NCBI GenBank assembly: GCA_964057225.1
Contig: OZ059895.1
Coordinates: 23,622,001 to 23,686,000 of the forward strand
Direction of reading: 5' to 3'
DNA length: 64,000 bases
Source: Auanema rhodensis
Lineage: Eukaryota; Animalia; Nematoda
This document shows, piece after piece, positions 42,001 to 54,100 of this stretch. Both the position numbers and the translations under genes were made by a program. The stretch's first letter is position 1. The number at the start of each line of letters is the position of its first letter. The notes beneath the pieces were generated by a model that saw nothing but the letters and a program-made list of their open reading frames with translations, was not told the DNA's origin and did not search any database.

Positions 42001-44800
42001 AATTAAATGTACACGTGATGTGCACTTGGTATGTAACTCGCTTCACGTGAAAGATAAAGAGATGCGGTTTTCAAAATTAGATTCCCCATGTCCATATTAG
42101 TCTAAAAACAAATTTTTATTGATATTGGTTCATGGTAACCATGACTTTGAAATTTACGTGAACTTTAATTTATGCTAATTAAATGTACACGTGATGTGCA
42201 CTTGGTATGTAACTTGCTTCACGTGAAAGATAAAGATATGCGGTTTTCAAAATTGGATTCCCCATGTCCATATTAGTCTAAAAACAAATTTTTATTGATA
42301 TTGCTTCATGGTAACCATGACTTTGAAATTTACGTGAACTTTAATTTATGCTAATTAAATGTACACGTGATGTGCACTTGGTATGTAACTTGCTTCACGT
42401 GAAAGATAAAGATATGCGGTTTTCAAAATTAGATTCCCCATGTCCATATTAGTCTAAAAACAAATTTTTATTGATATTGGTTCATGGTAACCATGACTTT
42501 GAAATTTACGTGAACTTTAATTTATGCTAATTAAATGTACACGTGATGTGCACTTGGTATGTAACTCGCTTCACGTGAAAGATAAAGAGATGCGGTTTTC
42601 AAAATTAGATTCCCCATGTCCATATTAGTCTAAAAACAAATTTTTATTGATATTGGTTCATGGTAACCATGACTTTGAAATTTACGTGAACTTTAATTTA
42701 TGCTAATTAAATGTACACGTGATGTGCACTTGGTATGTAACTCGCTTCACGTGAAAGATAAAGAGATGCGGTTTTCAAAATTAGATTCCCCATGTCCATA
42801 TTAGTCTAAAAACAAATTTTTATTGATATTGCTTCATGGTAACCATGACTTTCAAATTTACGTGAACTTTAATTTATGCTAATTAAATGTACACGTGATG
42901 TGCACTTGGTATGTAACTTGCTTCACGTGAAAGATAAAGATATGCGGTTTTCAAAATTAGATTCCCCATGTCCATATTAGTCTAAAAACAAATTTTTATT
43001 GATATTGGTTCATGGTAACCATGACTTTGAAATTTACGTGAACTTTAATTTAAGCTAATTAAATGTACACGTGATGTGCACTTGGTATGTAATTCGCTTC
43101 ACGTGAAAGATAAAGAGATGCGGTTTTCAAAATTAGATTCCCCATGTCCATATTAGTCTAAAAACAAATTTTTATTGATATTGGTGCATGGTAACCATGA
43201 CTTTGAATTTTACGTGAACTTTAATTTATGCTAATTAAATGTACACGTGATGTGCACTTGGTATGTAACTTGCTTCACGTGAAAGATAAAGAGATGCGGT
43301 TTTCAAAATTAGATTCCCCATGTCCATATTAGTCTAAAAACAAATTTTTATTGATATTGCTTCATGGTAACCATGACTTTGAAATTTACGTGAACTTTAA
43401 TTTATGCTAATTAAATGTACACGTGATGTGCACTTGGTATGTAACTCGCTTCACGTGAAAGATAAAGAGATGCGGTTTTCAAAATTGGATTCCCCATGTC
43501 CATATTAGTCTAAAAACAAATTTTTATTGATATTGCTTCATGGTAACCATGACTTTGAAATTTACGTGAACTTTAATTTATGCTAATTAAATGTACACGT
43601 GATGTGCACTTGGTATGTAACTTGCTTCACGTGAAAGATAAAGATATGCGGTTTTCAAAATTAGATTCCCCATGTCCATATTAGTCTAAAAACAAATTTT
43701 TATTGATATTGGTTCATGGTAACCATGACTTTGAAATTTACGTGAACTTTAATTTAAGCTAATTAAATGTACACGTGATGTGCACTTGGTATGTAATTCG
43801 CTTCACGTGAAAGATAAAGAGATGCGGTTTTCAAAATTAGATTCCCCATGTCCATATTAGTCTAAAAACAAATTTTTATTGATATTGGTGCATGGTAACC
43901 ATGACTTTGAATTTTACGTGAACTTTAATTTATGCTAATTAAATGTACACGTGATGTGCACTTGGTATGTAACTCGCTTCACGTGAAAGATAAAGAGATG
44001 TGGTTTTCAAAATTAGATTCCCCATGTCCATATTAGTCTAAAAACAAATTTTTATTGATATTGGTGCATGGTAACCATGACTTTGAATTTTACGTGAACT
44101 TTAATTTATGCTAATTAAATGTACACGTGATGTGCACTTGGTATGTAACTCGCTTCACGTGAAAGATAAAGAGATGCGGTTTTCAAAATTAGATTCCCCA
44201 TGTCCATATTAGTCTAAAAACAAATTTTTATTGATATTGGTTCATGGTAACCATGACTTTGAAATTTACGTGAACTTTAATTTATGCTAATTAAATGTAC
44301 ACGTGATGTGCACTTGGTATGTAACTCGCTTCACGTGAAAGATAAAGAGATGCGGTTTTCAAAATTAGATTCCCCATGTCCATATTAGTCTAAAAACAAA
44401 TTTTTATTGATATTGGTGCATGGTAACCATGACTTTGAAATTTACGTGAACTTTAATTTATGCTAATTAAATGTACACGTGATGTGCTCTTGGTATGTAA
44501 CTCGCTTCACGTGAAAGATAAAGATATGCGGTTTTCAAAATTAGATTCCCCATGTCCATATTAGTCTAAAAACAAATTTTTATTGATATTGGTGCATGGT
44601 AACCATGACTTTGAAATTTACGTGAACTTTAATTTATGCTAATTAAATGTACACGTGATGTGCACTTGGTATGTAACTCGCTTCACGTGAAAGATAAAGA
44701 GATGCGGTTTTCAAAATTAGATTCCCCATGTCCATATTAGTCTAAAAACAAATTTTTATTGATATAGGTGCATGGTAACCATGACTTTCAAATTTACGTG
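33060..44800. repeat. Satellite domain C with blocks repeated at a 25-monomer (4400 bp) distance
   Basis: Variants are T5 (AACTTGC), G45 (AATTGGATT), T27 (AAGATATG), A139 (TTTAAGCTA), T3 (AATTCGC) and T31 (GATGTGG). Marker pairs at 39087/43487, 39601/44001 and 40088/44488 are each 4400 apart. Confidence 0.78.
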
Positions 44801-47800
44801 AACTTTAATTTATGCTAATTAAATGTACACGTGATGTGCACTTGGTATGTAACTCGCTTCACGTGAAAGATAAAGAGATGCGGTTTTCAAAATTAGATTC
44901 CCCATGTCCATATTAGTCTAAAAACAAATTTTTATTGATATTGGTTCATGGTAACCATGACTTTGAAATTTACGTGAACTTTAATTTATGCTAATAAAAT
45001 GTACACGTGATGTGCACTTGGTATGTAACTCGCTTCACGTGAAAGATAAAGAGATGCGGTTTTCAAAATTAGATTCCCCATGTCCATATTAGTCTAAAAA
45101 CAAATTTTTATTGATATTGGTGCATGGTAACCATGACTTTGAAATTAACGTGAACTTTAATTTATGCTAATTAAATGTACACGTGATGTGCACTTGGTAT
45201 GTAACTCGCTTCACGTGAAAGATAAAGAAATGCGGTTTTCAAAATTAGATTCCCCATGTCCATATTAGTCTAAAAACAAATTTTTATTGATATTGGTTCA
45301 TGGTAACCATGACTTTGAAATTTACGTGAACTTTAATTTATGCTAATTAAATGTACACGTGATGTGCACTTGGTATGTAACTCGCTTCACGTGAAAGATA
45401 AAGAGATGCGGTTTTCAAAATTAGATTCCCCATGTCCATATTAGTCTAAAAACAAATTTTTATTGATATTGGTGCATGGTAACCATGACTTTGAAATTTA
45501 CGTGAACTTTAATTTATGCTAATTAAATGTACACGTGATGTGCACTTGGTATGTAACTCGCTTCACGTGAAAGATAAAGAGATGCGGTTTTCAAAATTAG
45601 ATTCCCCATGTCCATATTAGTCTAAAAACAAATTTTTATTGATATTGGTGCATGGTAACCATGACTTTGAAATTTACGTGAACTTTAATTTATGCTATTT
45701 AAATGTACACGTGATGTGCACTTGGTATGTAACTCGCTTCACGTGAAAGATAAAGAGATGCGGTTCTCAAAATTAGATTTCCCATGTCCATATTAGTCTA
45801 AAAACAAATTTTTATTGATATTGGTGCATGGTAACCATGACTTTGAATTTTACGTGAACTTTAATTTATGCTAATTAAATGTACACGTGATGTGCACTTG
45901 GTATGTAACTCGCTTCACGTGAAAGATAAAGAGATGCGGTTTTCAAAATTAGATTCCCCATGTCCATATTAGTCTAAAAACAAATTTTTATTGATATTGG
46001 TGCATGGTAACCATGACTTTGAAATTTACGTGAACTTTAATTTATGCTAATTAAATGTACACGTGATGTGCACTTGGTATGTAACTCGCTTCACGTGAAA
46101 GATAAAGAGATGCGGTTTTCAAAATTAGATTCCCCATGTCCATATTAGTCTAAAAACAAATTTTTATTGATATTGGTTCATGGTAACCATGACTTTGAAA
46201 TTTACGTGAACTTTAATTTATGCTAATTAAATGTACACGTGATGTGCACTTGGTATGTAACTCGCTTCACGTGAAAGATAAAGAGATGCGGTTTTCAAAA
46301 TTAGATTCCCCATGTCCATATTAGTCTAAAAACAAATTTTTATTGATATTGGTGCATGGTAACCATGACTTTGAAATTTACGTGAACTTTAATTTATGCT
46401 AATTAAATGTACACGTGATGTGCACTTGGTATGTAACTCGCTTCACGTGAAAGATAAAGAGATGCGGTTTTCAAAATTAGATTCCCCATGTCCATATTAG
46501 TCTAAAAACAAATTTTTATTGATATTGGTGCATGGTAACCATGACTTTGAAATTTACGTGAACTTTAATTTATGCTAATTAAATGTACACGTGATGTGCA
46601 CTTGGTATGTAACTCGCTTCACGTGAAAGATAAAGAGATGCGGTTCTCAAAATTAGATTCCCCATGTCCATATTAGTCTAAAAACAAATTTTTATTGATA
46701 TTGGTGCATGGTAACCATGACTTTGAATTTTACGTGAACTTTAATTTATGCTAATTAAATGTACACGTGATGTGCACTTGGTATGTAACTCGCTTCACGT
46801 GAAAGATAAAGAGATGCGGTTTTCAAAATTAGATTCCCCATGTCCATATTAGTCTAAAAACAAATTTTTATTGATATTGGTGCATGGTAACCATGACTTT
46901 GAAATTTACGTGAACTTTAATTTATGCTAATTAAATGTACACGTGATGTGCACTTGGTATGTAACTCGCTTCACGTGAAAGATAAAGAGATGCGGTTTTC
47001 AAAATTAGATTCCCCATGTCCATATTAGTCTAAAAACAAATTTTTATTGATATTGGTGCATGGTAACCATGACTTTGAAATTTACGTGAATTTTAATTTA
47101 TGCTAATTAAATGTACACGTGATGTGCACTTGGTATGTAACTCGCTTCACGTGAAAGATAAAGAGATGCGGTTTTCAAAATTATTCCCCATGTCCATATT
47201 AGTCTAAAAACAAATTTTTATTGATATTGGTTCATGGTAACCATGACTTTGAAATTTACGTGAACTTTAATTTATGCTAATTAAATGTACACATGATGTG
47301 CACTTGGTATGTAACTCGCTTCACGTGAAAGATAAAGAGATGCGGTTTTCAAAATTAGATTCCCCATGTCCATATTAGTCTAAAAACAAATTTTTATTGA
47401 TATTGGTGCATGGTAACCATGACTTTAAAATTTACGTGAACTTTAATTTATGCTAATTAAATGTACACGTGATGTGCACTTGGTATGTAACTCGCTTCAC
47501 GTGAAAGATAAAGAGATGCGGTTTTCAAAATTAGATTCCCCATGTCCATATTAGTCTAAAAACAAATTTTTATTGATATTGGTGCATGGTAACCATGACT
47601 TTGAATTTTACGTGAACTTTAATTTATGCTAATTAAATGTACACGTGATGTGCACTTGGTATGTAACTCGCTTCACGTGAAAGATAAAGAGATGCGGTTT
47701 TCAAAATTAGATTCCCCATGTCCATATTAGTCTAAAAACAAATTTTTATTGATATTGGTGCATGGTAACCATGACTTTGAAATTTACGTGAACTTTAATT

Positions 47801-47840
47801 TATGCTAATTAAATGTACACGTGATGTGCACTTGGTATGT

Positions 47841-50800
47841 AACTCGGTTCACGTGAAAGATAAAGAGATGCGGTTTTCAAAATTAGATTCCCCATGTCCA
47901 TATTAGTCTAAAAACAAATTTTTATTGATATTTTGAAATTTTCATATTAGTCTAAAAACAACAAGATGCGGTTTCCAAAATTAGATTCCCCATGTCCATA
48001 TTAGTCTAAAAACAAATTTTTATTGATATTGGTGCATGGTAACCATGACTTTGAAATTTAGGTGAACTTTAATTTATGCTAATTAAATGTACACGTGATG
48101 TGCACTTGGTATGTAACTCGCTTCACGTGAAAGATAAAGTGATGCGGTTTTCAAAATTAGATTCCCCATGTCCATATTAGTCTAAAAACAAATTTTTATT
48201 GATATTGGTGCATGGTAACCATGACTTTAAAATTTACGTGAACTTTAATTTATGCTAATTAAATGTACACGTGATGTGCACTTGGTATGTAACTCGCTTC
48301 ACGTGAAAGATAAAGAGATGCGGTTTTCAAAATTAGATTCCCCATGTCCATATTAGTCTAAAAACAAATTTTTATTGATATTGGTGCATGGTAACCATGA
48401 CTTTGAATTTTACGTGAACTTTAATTTATGCTAATTAAATGTACACGTGATGTGCACTTGGTATGTAACTCGCTTCACGTGAAAGATAAAGAGATGCGGT
48501 TTTCAAAATTAGATTCCCCATGTCCATATTAGTCTAAAAACAAATTTTTATTGATATTGGTGCATGGTAACCATGACTTTGAAATTTACGTGAACTTTAA
48601 TTTATGCTAATTAAATGTACACGTGATGTGCACTTGGTATGTAACTCGCTTCACGTGAAAGATAAAAAGATGCGGTTTTCAAAATTAGATTCCCCATGTC
48701 CATATTAGTCTAAAAACAAATTTTTATTGATATTGGTGCATGGTAACCATGACTTTGAAATTTACGTGAAGTTTAATTTATGCTAATTAAATGTACACGT
48801 GATGTGCACTTGGTATGTAACTCGCTTCACGTGAAAGATAAAGAGATGCGGTTTTCAAAATTAGATTCCCCATGTCCATATTAGTCTAAAAACAAATTTT
48901 TATTGATATTGGTGCATGGTAACCATGACTTTGAAATTTACGTGAACTTTAATTTATGCTAATTAAATGTACACGTGATGTGCACTTGGTATGTAACTCG
49001 CTTCACGTGAAAGATAAAGAGATGCGGTTTTCAAAATTAGATTCCCCATGTCCATATTAGTCTAAAAACAAATTTTTATTGATATTGGTGCATGGTAACC
49101 ATGACTTTGAAATTTACGTGAACTTTAATTTATGCTAATTAAATGTACACGTGATGTGCACTTGGTATGTAACTCGGTTCACGTCAAAGATAAAGAGATG
49201 CGGTTTTCAAAATTAGATTCCCCATGTCCATATTAGTCTAAAAACAAATTTTTATTGATATTTTGAAATTTTCATATTAGTCTAAAAACAACAAGATGCG
49301 GTTTTCAAAATTAGATTCCCCATGTCCATATTAGTCTAAAAACAAATTTTTATTGATATTGGTGCATGGTAACCATGACTTTGAAATTTACGTGAACTTT
49401 AATTTATGCTAATTAAATGTACACGTGATGTGCGCTTGGTATGTAACTCGCTTCACGTGAAAGATAAAGAGATGCGGTTTTCAAAATTAGATTTCCCATG
49501 TCCATATTAGTCTAAAAACAAATTTTTATTGATATTGGTGCATGGTAACCATGACTTTAAAATTTACGTGAACTTTAATTTATGCTAATTAAATGTACAC
49601 GTGATGTGCACTTGGTATGTAACTCGCTTCACGTGAAAGATAAAGAGATGCGGTTTTCAAAATTAGATTCCCCATGTCCATATTAGTCTAAAAACAAATT
49701 TTTATTGATATTGGTGCATGGTAACCATGACTTTGAATTTTACGTGAACTTTAATTTATGCTAATTAAATGTACACGTGATGTGCACTTGGTATGTAACT
49801 CGCTTCACGTGAAAGATAAAGAGATGCGGTTTTCAAAATTAGATTCCCCATGTCCATATTAGTCTAAAAACAAATTTTTATTGATATTGGTGCATGGTAA
49901 CCATGACTTTGAAATTTACGTGAACTTTAATTTATGCTAATTAAATGTACACGTGATGTGCACTTGGTATGTAACTCGCTTCACGTGAAAGATAAAGAGA
50001 TGCGGTTTTCAAAATTAGATTCCCCATGTCCATATTAGTCTAAAAACAAATTTTTATTGATATTGGTGCATGGTAACCATGACTTTGAAATTTACGTGAA
50101 GTTTAATTTATGCTAATTAAATGTACACGTGATGTGCACTTGGTATGTAACTCGCTTCACGTGAAAGATAAAGAGATGCGGTTTTCAAAATTAGATTCCC
50201 CATGTCCATATTAGTCTAAAAACAAATTTTTATTGATATTGGTTCATGGTAACCATGACTTTGAAATTTACGTGAACTTCAATTTATGCTAATTAAATGT
50301 ACACGTGATGTGCACTTGGTATGTAACTCGCTTCACGTGAAAGATAAAGAGATGCGGTTTTCAAAATTAGATTCCCCATGTCCATATTAGTCTAAAAACA
50401 AATTTTTATTGATATTGGTGCATGGTAACCATGACTTTGAAATTTACGTGAACTTTAATTTATGCTAATTAAGTGTACACGTGATGTGCACTTGGTATGT
50501 AACTGGGTTCACGTGAAAGATAAAGAGATGCGGTTTTCAAAATTAGATTCCCCATGTCCATATTAGTCTAAAAACAAATTTTTATTGATATTTTGAAATT
50601 TTCATATTAGTCTAAAAACAACAAGATGCGGTTTTCAAAATTAGATTCCCCATGTCCATATTAGTCTAAAAACAAATTTTTATTGATATTGGTGCATGGT
50701 AACCATGACTTTGAAATTTACGTGAACTTTAATTTATGCTAATTAAATGTACACGTGATGTGCACTTGGTATGTAACTCGCTTCACGTGAAAGATAAAGA

Positions 50801-51125
50801 GATGCGGTTTTCAAAATTAGATTCCCCATGTCCATATTAGTCTAAAAACAAATTTTTATTGATATTGGTGCATGGTAACCATGACTTTAAAATTTACGTG
50901 AACTTTAATTTATGCTAATTAAATGTACACGTGATGTGCACTTGGTATGTAACTCGCTTCACGTGAAAGATAAAGAGATGCGGTTTTCAAAATTAGATTC
51001 CCCATGTCCATATTAGTCTAAAAACAAATTTTTATTGATATTGGTTCATGGTAACCATGACTTTTAAATTTACGTGAACTTTAATTTATGCTAATTAAAT
51101 GTACACGTGATGTGCTTGGTATGTA
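47841..51125. repeat. 1330-bp higher-order repeat (one 274-bp rearranged composite unit + six 176-bp monomers), about 2.5-3 copies
   Basis: Composite units start at 47841, 49171 and 50501, exactly 1330 apart. Co-varying markers are CTTTAAAA near 48225, 49555 and 50885, and GAAGTTT at 48771 and 50101. Confidence 0.92.
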
Positions 51126-54100
51126 ACTCGCTTCACGTGAAAGATAAAGAGATGCGGTTTTCAAAATTAGATTCCCCATGTCCATATTAGTCTAAAAACA
51201 AATTTTTATTGATATTGGTGCATGGTAACCATGACTTTGAAATTTACGTGAACTTTAATTTATGCTAATTAAATGTACACGTGATGTGCACTTGGTATGT
51301 AACTCGCTTCACGTGAAAGATAAAGAGATGCGGTTTTCAAAATTAGATTACCCATGTCCATATTAGTCTAAAAACAAATTTTTATTGATATTGGTTCATG
51401 GTAACCATGACTTTGAAATTTACGTGAACTTTAATTTATGCTAATTAAATGTACACGTGATGTGCACTTGGTATGTAACTCGCTTCACGTGAAAGATAAA
51501 GAGATGCGGTTTTCAAAATTAGATTCCCCATGTCCATATTAGTCTAAAAACAAATTTTTATTGATATTGCTTCATGGTAACCATGACTTTGAAATTTACG
51601 TGAACTTTAATTTATGCTAATTAAATGTACACGTGATGTGCACTTGGTATGTAACTCGCTTCACGTGAAAGATAAAGAGATGCTGTTTTCAAAATTAGAT
51701 TCCCCATGTCCTTATTAGTCTAAAAACAAATTTTTATTGATATTGGTTCATGGTAACCATGACTTTGAAATTTACGTGAACTTTAATTTATGCTAATTAA
51801 ATGTACACGTGATGTGCACTTGGTATGTAACTCGCTTCACGTGAAAGATAAAGAGATGCGGTTTTCAAAATTAGATTCCCCATGTCCATATTAGTCTAAA
51901 AACAAATTTTTATTGATATTGCTTCATGGTAACCATGACTTTGAAATTTACGTGAACTTTAATTTATGCTAATTAAATGTACACGTGATGTGCACTTGGT
52001 ATGTAACTCGCTTCACGTGAAAGATAAAGAGATGCGGTTTTCAAAATTAGATTCCCCATGTCCATATTAGTCTAAAAACAAATTTTTATTGATATTGCTT
52101 CATGGTAACCTTGACTTTGAAATTTACGTGAACTTTAATTTATGCTAATTAAATGTACACGTGATGTGCACTTGGTATGTAACTCGCTTCACGTGAAAGA
52201 TAAAGAGATGCGGTTTTCAAAATTAGATTCCCCATGTCCATATTAGTCTAAAAACAAATTTTTATTGATATTGGTTCATGGTAACCATGACTTTGAAATT
52301 TACGTGAACTTTAATTTATGCTAATTAAATGTACACGTGATGTGCACTTGGTATGTAACTCGCTTCACGTGAAAGATAAAGAGATGCGGTTTTCAAAATT
52401 AGATTCCCCATGTCCATATTAGTCTAAAAACGAATTTTTATTGATATTGCTTCATGGTAACCATGACTTTGAAATTTACGTGAACTTTAATTTATGCTAA
52501 TTAAATGTACACGTGATGTGCACTTGGTATGTAACTCGCTTCACGTGAAAGATAAAGAGATGCGGTTTCCAAAATTAGATTCCCCATGTCCATATTAGTC
52601 TAAAAACAAATTTTTATTGATATTGGTTCATGGTAACCATGACTTTGAAATTTACGTGAACTTTAATTTATGCTAATTAAATGTGCACGTGATGTGCACT
52701 TGGTATGTAACTCGCTTCACGTGAAAGATAAAGAGATGCTGTTTTCAAAATTAGATTCCCCATGTCCATATTAGTCTAAAAACAAATTTTTATTGATATT
52801 GGTGCATGGTAACCATGACTTTGAAATTTACGTGAACTTTAATTCATGCTAATTAAATGTACACGTGATGTGCACTTGGTATGTAACTCGCTTCACGTGA
52901 AAGATAAAGAGATGCGGTTTTCAAAATTAGATTCCCCATGTCCATATTAGTCTAAAAACAAATTTTTATTGATATTGCTTCATGGTAACCATGACTTTGA
53001 AATTTACGTGAACTTTAATTTATGCTAATTAAATGTACACGTGATGTGCACTTGGTATGTAACTCGCTTCACGTGAAAGATAAAGAGATGCGGTTTTCAA
53101 AATTAGATTCCCCATGTCCATATTAGTCTAAAAACAAATTTTTATTGATATTGGTTCATGGTAACCATGACTTTGAAATTTACGTGAACTTTAATTTATG
53201 CTAATTAAATGTACACGTGATGTGCACTTGGTATGTAACTCGCTTCACGTGAAAGATAAAGAGATGCGGTTTTCAAAATTAGATTCCCCATGTCCATATT
53301 AGTCTAAAAACAAATTTTTATTGATATTGCTTCATGGTAACCATGACTTTGAAATTTACGTGAACTTTAATTTATGCTAATTAAATGTACACGTGATGTG
53401 CACTTGGTATGTAACTCGCTTCACGTGAAAGATAAAGAGATGCGGTTCTCAAAATTAGATTCCCCATGTCCATATTAGTCTAAAAACAAATTTTTATTGA
53501 TATTGCTTCATGGTAACCTTGACTTTGAAATTTACGTGAACTTTAATTTATGCTAATTAAATGTACACGTGATGTGCACTTGGTATGTAACTCGCTTCAC
53601 GTGAAAGATAAAGAGATGCGGTTTTCAAAATTAGATTCCCCATGTCCATATTAGTCTAAAAACAAATTTTTATTGATATTGGTTCATGGTAACCATGACT
53701 TTGAAATTTACGTGAACTTTAATTTATGCTAATTAAATGTACACGTGATGTGCACTTGGTATGTAACTCGCTTCACGTGAAAGATAAAGAGATGCGGTTT
53801 TCAAAATTAGATTCCCCATGTCCATATTAGTCTAAAAACGAATTTTTATTGATATTGCTTCATGGTAACCATGACTTTGAAATTTACGTGAACTTTAATT
53901 TATGCTAATTAAATGTACACGTGATGTGCACTTGGTATGTAACTCGCTTCACGTGAAAGATAAAGAGATGCGGTTTCCAAAATTAGATTCCCCATGTCCA
54001 TATTAGTCTAAAAACAAATTTTTATTGATATTGGTTCATGGTAACCATGACTTTGAAATTTACGTGAACTTTAATTTATGCTAATTAAATGTGCACGTGA

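Noticed and set aside
47933-47963. Mobile-element insertion or footprint at the composite junction
   Set aside because: Nearly all junction bases are explained by copies of monomer positions 113-121 and 59-77. There are no terminal repeats or target-site duplication.
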